Source: Fimbriimonadales bacterium (GTDB taxonomy: Bacteria; Armatimonadota; Fimbriimonadia; Fimbriimonadales; JABRVX01). From it: a stretch of DNA of 12,219 nucleotides. The stretch spans positions 1-12,219 of the forward strand of contig BTVI01000065.1 of assembly GCA_045862955.1 (NCBI GenBank), given 5' to 3'. Both the position numbers and the translations under genes were made by a program. Each line of letters starts with the position of its first letter. Position 1 is the first letter of the stretch. The notes under the pieces are model-generated. The model saw only the letters and a list, made by a program, of their open reading frames with translations, ran no database searches and was not told where the DNA came from. Shown here in pieces: positions 8,100-12,219 of this stretch.

Positions 8100-8459
8100 T
8101 TACACGATTACAGCACTGTCAATGTTAGTGAACACATTTTCCTTTAGGTTGTCCTTGTCCACGGCGGTAATTACGGTGCGGTTACGCACGCTCACCACCA
8201 ATGCCACGTCGTCTACGAGTATCAGCGACTCCTTGGCCCCTTTGGCAGCCGCGCGATCGACACCGCCCGTCACGCGCGCCCAGTCGCCTTCGCTGAGGTC
8301 TATCCCCCGGCCTCGAAGGCGGGTCTGCGCATGCCCGGACAGCCGAAGCTGCTGACGCAACACTTCTTGGAAGTCCGCGCCACGGGCTTGCGTGCGTCTG
8401 CTGGTGCCCGGTGTCCCGGTCGGTTGTAGCGGGCCGATTACCTTCTCGATTTCAGGCAT
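8100..8459 (-). CDS. Flagellar operon protein, TIGR02530-like family (119 aa)
   Basis: FQEVL..LRLSGHAQTRLRGRGI..AAAKGAKESLILVDDVALVVSVRNRTVITAVD..LKENVFTNIDSAVI; typical position between flgD and flgE. Confidence 0.9.
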   Translation of the reverse strand: MPEIEKVIGPLQPTGTPGTSRRTQARGADFQEVLRQQLRLSGHAQTRLRGRGIDLSEGDWARVTGGVDRAAAKGAKESLILVDDVALVVSVRNRTVITAVDKDNLKENVFTNIDSAVIV

Positions 8460-8498
8460 GTCGTTGCTTCCTCGTATGCTTACTCGGTCGCTCGGGCC

Positions 8499-8885
8499 TC
8501 ACTTCGGAGGGCCGTAGTCCTGAATCACTTTGTCGGGCGAGACGAGTTGACCGTCCACATCCAACATCACCCCGTTGCCAGAGAACACGATCTTGGACAC
8601 TACTCCCGACCGCTGCTCGCCGTAGCTGTCGTAGAAGTCAATCTTGTGCCCCAGCATTCCCTGTGCTCTCGTCAGGGCCATCGTATGCCGAAGTTCGTTG
8701 ATGCCCTGTACGCTGGTAAGCGTTGCGAGTTGCTGGAACAACTCCTTGTCGCTGACCGGCTCGAACGGGTTCTGACCGCTGAGCTGCGTCACGAGGATCT
8801 GCAAGAACGCTTCCTGGTCCAGTTCCTTCTTCTGCCCGCCTAGGGAGCCGACCCCCGAGGCAGTGTTCACGCCGTTGATGGTCAT
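8499..8885 (-). CDS. flgD: Flagellar hook capping protein FlgD (128 aa, short form)
   Basis: LDQEAFLQILVTQLSGQNPFEPV..LFQQLATLTSVQ; located between fliK and flgE. Confidence 0.93.
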   Translation of the reverse strand: MTINGVNTASGVGSLGGQKKELDQEAFLQILVTQLSGQNPFEPVSDKELFQQLATLTSVQGINELRHTMALTRAQGMLGHKIDFYDSYGEQRSGVVSKIVFSGNGVMLDVDGQLVSPDKVIQDYGPPK

Positions 8886-8901
8886 CGTCTGTCGTCCTCT
8901 C

Positions 8902-9336
8902 TCATGCCTCTAAGTCCACGTGGCGGGAGTAGAGCGAAGTCGATTCGATCCTTATCGGCTCGAACTCGTTCGCCCCATCCGGTTCGAATCCGAGGCTAGA
9001 CGTGGCTCGCCCGCTGTCGGGCTGGGGCCGGTTCGCCCCCTGGTCGTGCGCGCGCGCTTGCGAGGACACGTCGAAGGCTCCCAGGTCGAGGCCTCTTTGG
9101 TTCAGCTGGCTCTCCAACTGAGGCTTGTTCATCTCCACCACCTGCCGGACCCAATCGTGTTGGGTAACCAAGGTCGTGTCCACGGACCGACCGCGCGCTC
9201 TCACAGTCACGTCAATCGTGCCCATCTCGGGCGGGTCCAGTCGTAGCGTCACCGTCCTTGCGGGCACTGCGTCCCTCAGCCGCTCCACCGTCTCGGCGAT
9301 GCGACTGACGAAGGCCTCAGAACCGATAGTCGAGGC
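8902..9336 (-). CDS. fliK: FliK C-terminal (T3S4 switch) domain, in the +1 frame relative to the FliK N-terminal ORF
   Basis: VTLRLDPPEMGTIDVTV..VRQVVEMNKPQLESQLNQRGL..FDVS and C-terminal VDLEA. This frame is open only below the stop at 9394-9396; the upper boundary given is the presumed shift site. Confidence 0.88.
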   Translation of the reverse strand, partial: ASTIGSEAFVSRIAETVERLRDAVPARTVTLRLDPPEMGTIDVTVRARGRSVDTTLVTQHDWVRQVVEMNKPQLESQLNQRGLDLGAFDVSSQARAHDQGANRPQPDSGRATSSLGFEPDGANEFEPIRIESTSLYSRHVDLEA

Positions 9337-10714
9337 GGGGAAAGGGCTGCGCAGATGCGCGCACCTCGCTTCCGCCGTAAGCTGCAACCGCCGTCACCAC
9401 CGCCGCCGGACGCGCGCTCGCGTGGACACGCTCGGCATCTGGAGATGCCTGGTCCGCGAGGGTCTGACGCAGGGCGCTCTGTCCAGTCGTCGAGACCTCG
9501 GGCAGAGTCGCTTCGTCGGGCACGATACGAACCCCGTAGGCGGTCGGCTTGAAGGTGCCGAGGCCGACTTCGGTCGAATCGCCGCGCTGAGCACCCACGA
9601 GCTGGCGCTCACCGAGTTTGGAGGCGCCCTCCAGTGCTTCTCCTCCGGCCGGCGGTTCGACACCTGCGGCCACGACGGCGGCCTTGTGCCGCTGCACCTC
9701 CGTACCTGGAAGATCAGCCGGCGGCCTCGAGTTATCGTTGCGAGTGGCGGGGCCGACGCCCTCGGTCCGGGCGTGGTCGAAGACAGTGTCGGCCACCGGC
9801 CTACCCAGCACCCTCGATTGGTGCTGCGTTGCGCCAGAGCCGGGAGTGGGTTCGATGCGGTCGTTCTTGTCGGAAGATCTTCCGAGCAACGATGTGCCCG
9901 AGTCGAAGTGGGTCCTATCCATCACAGCAGCAGCTACCACTCTTGCCTTGACCCGCTGTACATCGCCCGTGCCGACCCGCTGTGTCAGGCCCTCGAGTGT
10001 CTCCTTAGTGCCCGGCGGCGGCAGCTCGCCGGCACCCGAGTCGGGAGGCTCGGAAGGCTGCACGTGGGTACCGCGGCGGATGGAGCCGACGGCGTCTCCA
10101 CCCTGTCCGCTGCTTCCGACCGAGGGCTGCTCCATGCCGCCCTTTGCCACCAAGCCCCCAGAAGAACCTCGTTCCGGTGGTGTCATGCGGAAGGCAACCA
10201 CCTTGGCGTCAGTCCGCTGAACGCCAGCTCCGCCAGAGACGTCGGAGCCCTGAACGGTGCCCGCCCCCTTGTCCGCGTTGCTCGACGCGGCTGGGCCTGC
10301 GTCCTCGAACCCGCCAGCCACCCCCGCCGCAACCACGAGCGCCTTGTGGTGCCTTATGCCGCCGCCTCCGAGACCTTGCGCTGCGGGAAGAGGCTCCTCG
10401 CTCCCGTCCGAGGTACGGACCTGAGAAGGGTCGTGGCTCTCGGCGGCTGGCGGCTGCACACCGACGAGCGGCGCCACAGGCGGCAAGGGCTGCAAAGCGG
10501 CACCTCGAGCGGCCCCGAGGTCATCTCCTCCGGTTCCTTGGCCTCCCTGGACGGGTTCGCCCGAGGGTCCGGCCCTGACGGTCTTCGCTCCACTCGGAGG
10601 CGAGTTATCTCCCCCTCGGAGCAGCGCGCCGAAGCCCTGATCGGCTGGCGCAACCCCCTCCAGAAGGTAGCCTCCCATCGGGAGCGGTGACACGCTAGAG
10701 ATGGCGATATCCAT
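9317..10714 (-). CDS. fliK: FliK N-terminal/ruler region (465 aa as read; ~603 aa if joined to the C-terminal frame)
   Basis: ATG at 10714 preceded by GGAGGTG (10727-10721). Low-complexity G/A/P/S-rich sequence directly upstream of and overlapping the FliK C-terminal domain ORF. Confidence 0.8.
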   Translation of the reverse strand: MDIAISSVSPLPMGGYLLEGVAPADQGFGALLRGGDNSPPSGAKTVRAGPSGEPVQGGQGTGGDDLGAARGAALQPLPPVAPLVGVQPPAAESHDPSQVRTSDGSEEPLPAAQGLGGGGIRHHKALVVAAGVAGGFEDAGPAASSNADKGAGTVQGSDVSGGAGVQRTDAKVVAFRMTPPERGSSGGLVAKGGMEQPSVGSSGQGGDAVGSIRRGTHVQPSEPPDSGAGELPPPGTKETLEGLTQRVGTGDVQRVKARVVAAAVMDRTHFDSGTSLLGRSSDKNDRIEPTPGSGATQHQSRVLGRPVADTVFDHARTEGVGPATRNDNSRPPADLPGTEVQRHKAAVVAAGVEPPAGGEALEGASKLGERQLVGAQRGDSTEVGLGTFKPTAYGVRIVPDEATLPEVSTTGQSALRQTLADQASPDAERVHASARPAAVVTAVAAYGGSEVRASAQPFPRLDYRF

Positions 10715-10943
10715 CGCCGTCACCTCCCGGTTTGGGTTGTTGTCACTTGCATTGTCGGAGGCCCATCGGGGCCACACACCGGAAGGCTTACGGGGAACGC
10801 GGTGCCTTCCGGGGCCGCCGGGATAGCGCGACCCAGGGCAGAGCGTAGTAAGCTATAGCGGCTCGACGGGAGACGGCAGCCCGCCGGGCACGCGTGGCCG
10901 TCTGGGCCACCGAAGCTCGTGCCGGGAGCATGGAGGAACGACG

Positions 10944-11648
10944 ATGACGGGAATCTTGACTGCGCTGGTGCTGGCGGTTGCCGCGCCGCCTACGTTCGAA
11001 GACATCATCCAGACGAAGCTGAAGGACCTCTCGATGACCGCCTACGTGATCACCGCGAACCGGGGGGAACTGCGGAAGATCAACAACGACTTCTACGTGG
11101 CATACCGCTTCACCTCGATGTCGGTGAGGTACAAGTCGCCCTCCAAACTGCGGCTGGACGGTGAGTACACGAACACGAAGATCACCTACATCCTGAATGG
11201 GACGAAGAAGACCTACATCATTCCACAGCTCAAGCAGAAGGTGACAGAAGACACGAAGGATGCGCCGGGCAAGCGCCAGAGCATGTTGGACTTCGGCATC
11301 GTGGACCCAGGCGTGGCCGAATTCATGAAGGGCAAGTTCGTCCGCGAGGACCGTGCTACCGGTGAGTGGGTTTTCGACCTGGAGTACAAGCACCCCGATG
11401 ACAGCTCGCGCCATCGTGTGTGGGTGGATCCGAAGACGAAGGTGATCACCAAGCGCGAGTGGTATAACCAAGAGGGCAAGCTGCGCGCCACCTTCTATCA
11501 CCGGGACACCAAGAACGTGGGCGGTGACGTGTACCTGCCGACCACCATCGAGGTGCGAAACGTAGAGGGCAAGTCCGCAGGCACGACTGGCTACCGGAAC
11601 ATCGCGGTAAACAAAGGCAACCTCCCCGACTCCCTCTTCGTGCCGTAG
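10944..11648 (+). CDS. Exported LolA-like / outer-membrane lipoprotein-sorting fold protein (234 aa)
   Basis: GGAGG RBS, signal peptide, and VRYKSPSKLRLD, YILNG, RVWVDPKTKVITKREWYNQEGKL, NIAVNKGNLPDSLFVP, which are patterns typical of the LolA/RseB-like fold. Confidence 0.75.
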   Translation: MTGILTALVLAVAAPPTFEDIIQTKLKDLSMTAYVITANRGELRKINNDFYVAYRFTSMSVRYKSPSKLRLDGEYTNTKITYILNGTKKTYIIPQLKQKVTEDTKDAPGKRQSMLDFGIVDPGVAEFMKGKFVREDRATGEWVFDLEYKHPDDSSRHRVWVDPKTKVITKREWYNQEGKLRATFYHRDTKNVGGDVYLPTTIEVRNVEGKSAGTTGYRNIAVNKGNLPDSLFVP

Positions 11649-11719
11649 CCGCGGGACGGTTTCCCCTACAGGCCCGGCTTTCGCCCATGCGAGGTCACGA
11701 TGGCACCGGCACGGAGGTG

Positions 11720-12219
11720 CCGACCCTGCCCCGGCGCGGTCCTTGGGCTCGAGCCACGCCCTCGGTAGCTGCAAGTCTTCGGACGCGGGCCGGGGCATGG
11801 AGCGCCTGCAGCCCACCCGGGACCGTCATGCTGAGCCTGTCGAAGCATGCCGTCGCCTGCCGCATGGTAGTATCGGAAGCCCGTCATGCTGAGCCTGTCG
11901 AAGCATGCCGTCGCCTGCCGCATGGTAGTATCGGAAGCCCGTCCTGCTGAGCCTGTCGAAGCATGCCGTCGCCTGCCGCATGGTAGTATCGGAAGCCCGT
12001 CCTGCTGAGCCTGTCAAAGCATGCCGTCGCCTGCCGCATGGTAGTATCGGAAGCCCGTCATGCTGAGCCTGTCGAAGCATGACCCCGCAGCCGCCCCGAC
12101 CCTGCCCCGGCGCGGTCCTTGGGCTCGAGCCACGCCCTCGGTAGCTGCAAGTCTTCGGACGCGGGCCGGGGCATGGAGCGCCTGCAGCCCACCCGGGACC
12201 GTCATGCTGAGCCTGTCGA
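11720..12219. repeat. Apparent 376-bp higher-order direct repeat, second copy truncated by the window end
   Basis: 11720-11843 is identical to 12096-12219 (124 bp, offset 376). Confidence 0.9.
11823..12083. repeat. Tandem array of 58-bp units (4 full plus 1 partial), each with a CGTC-tagged REP-like palindrome
   Basis: Unit ccgtcatgctgagcctgtcgaagcatgccgtcgcctgccgcatggtagtatcggaagc starts at 11823, 11881, 11939, 11997 and 12055 (partial). Core GTCATGCT-gagcctgtcga-AGCATG(AC). Confidence 0.95.

Noticed and set aside
9125..10690. 521-aa plus-strand ORF opposite fliK
   Set aside because: Codon-aligned antisense shadow of the GC-rich fliK N-terminal frame; Arg-rich with no recognisable domain.
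10715..10777. Upstream GTG start for fliK
   Set aside because: The strong GGAGGTG RBS precedes the ATG at 10714.
11702..11721. GGCACC/GGTGCC hairpin as terminator of the LolA-like gene
   Set aside because: Short stem with an 8-nt loop and no U-tract.
11825..12083. CRISPR array (27-nt palindromic repeat with 31-nt spacers)
   Set aside because: Spacers are identical, the variation lies in the repeats, and there is no AT-rich leader or cas gene in the window.
11666..12205. Short ORFs with repeated peptides (FDRLSMT, LRQAQHD)
   Set aside because: These are translations of the 58-bp repeat cycling through frames; no RBS or protein-like features.

Overview
GC-rich bacterial DNA dominated by a minus-strand flagellar operon in Firmicutes/Terrabacteria-type order: fliK (split by a +1 frameshift), flgD, a TIGR02530-like flagellar operon protein, flgE, fliL, fliM, fliY/fliN, fliO, fliP, fliQ, fliR, flhB. 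It is followed by a near-consensus sigma70 promoter, a ~230-nt foldable leader and tRNA-Asn(GTT). Divergent from fliK is an exported LolA-like protein, then a nested repeat array: 58-bp units with a CGTC-tagged palindrome inside an apparent 376-bp higher-order repeat that runs off the window. A diderm Terrabacteria host such as Armatimonadota is plausible but unverified. The best leads are the structured flgE leader next to an RNase-fold-like small gene, the fliK frameshift and its ~44-aa periodicity, GGA-loop hairpins before fliP, the tRNA leader RNA and the hierarchical repeat array.
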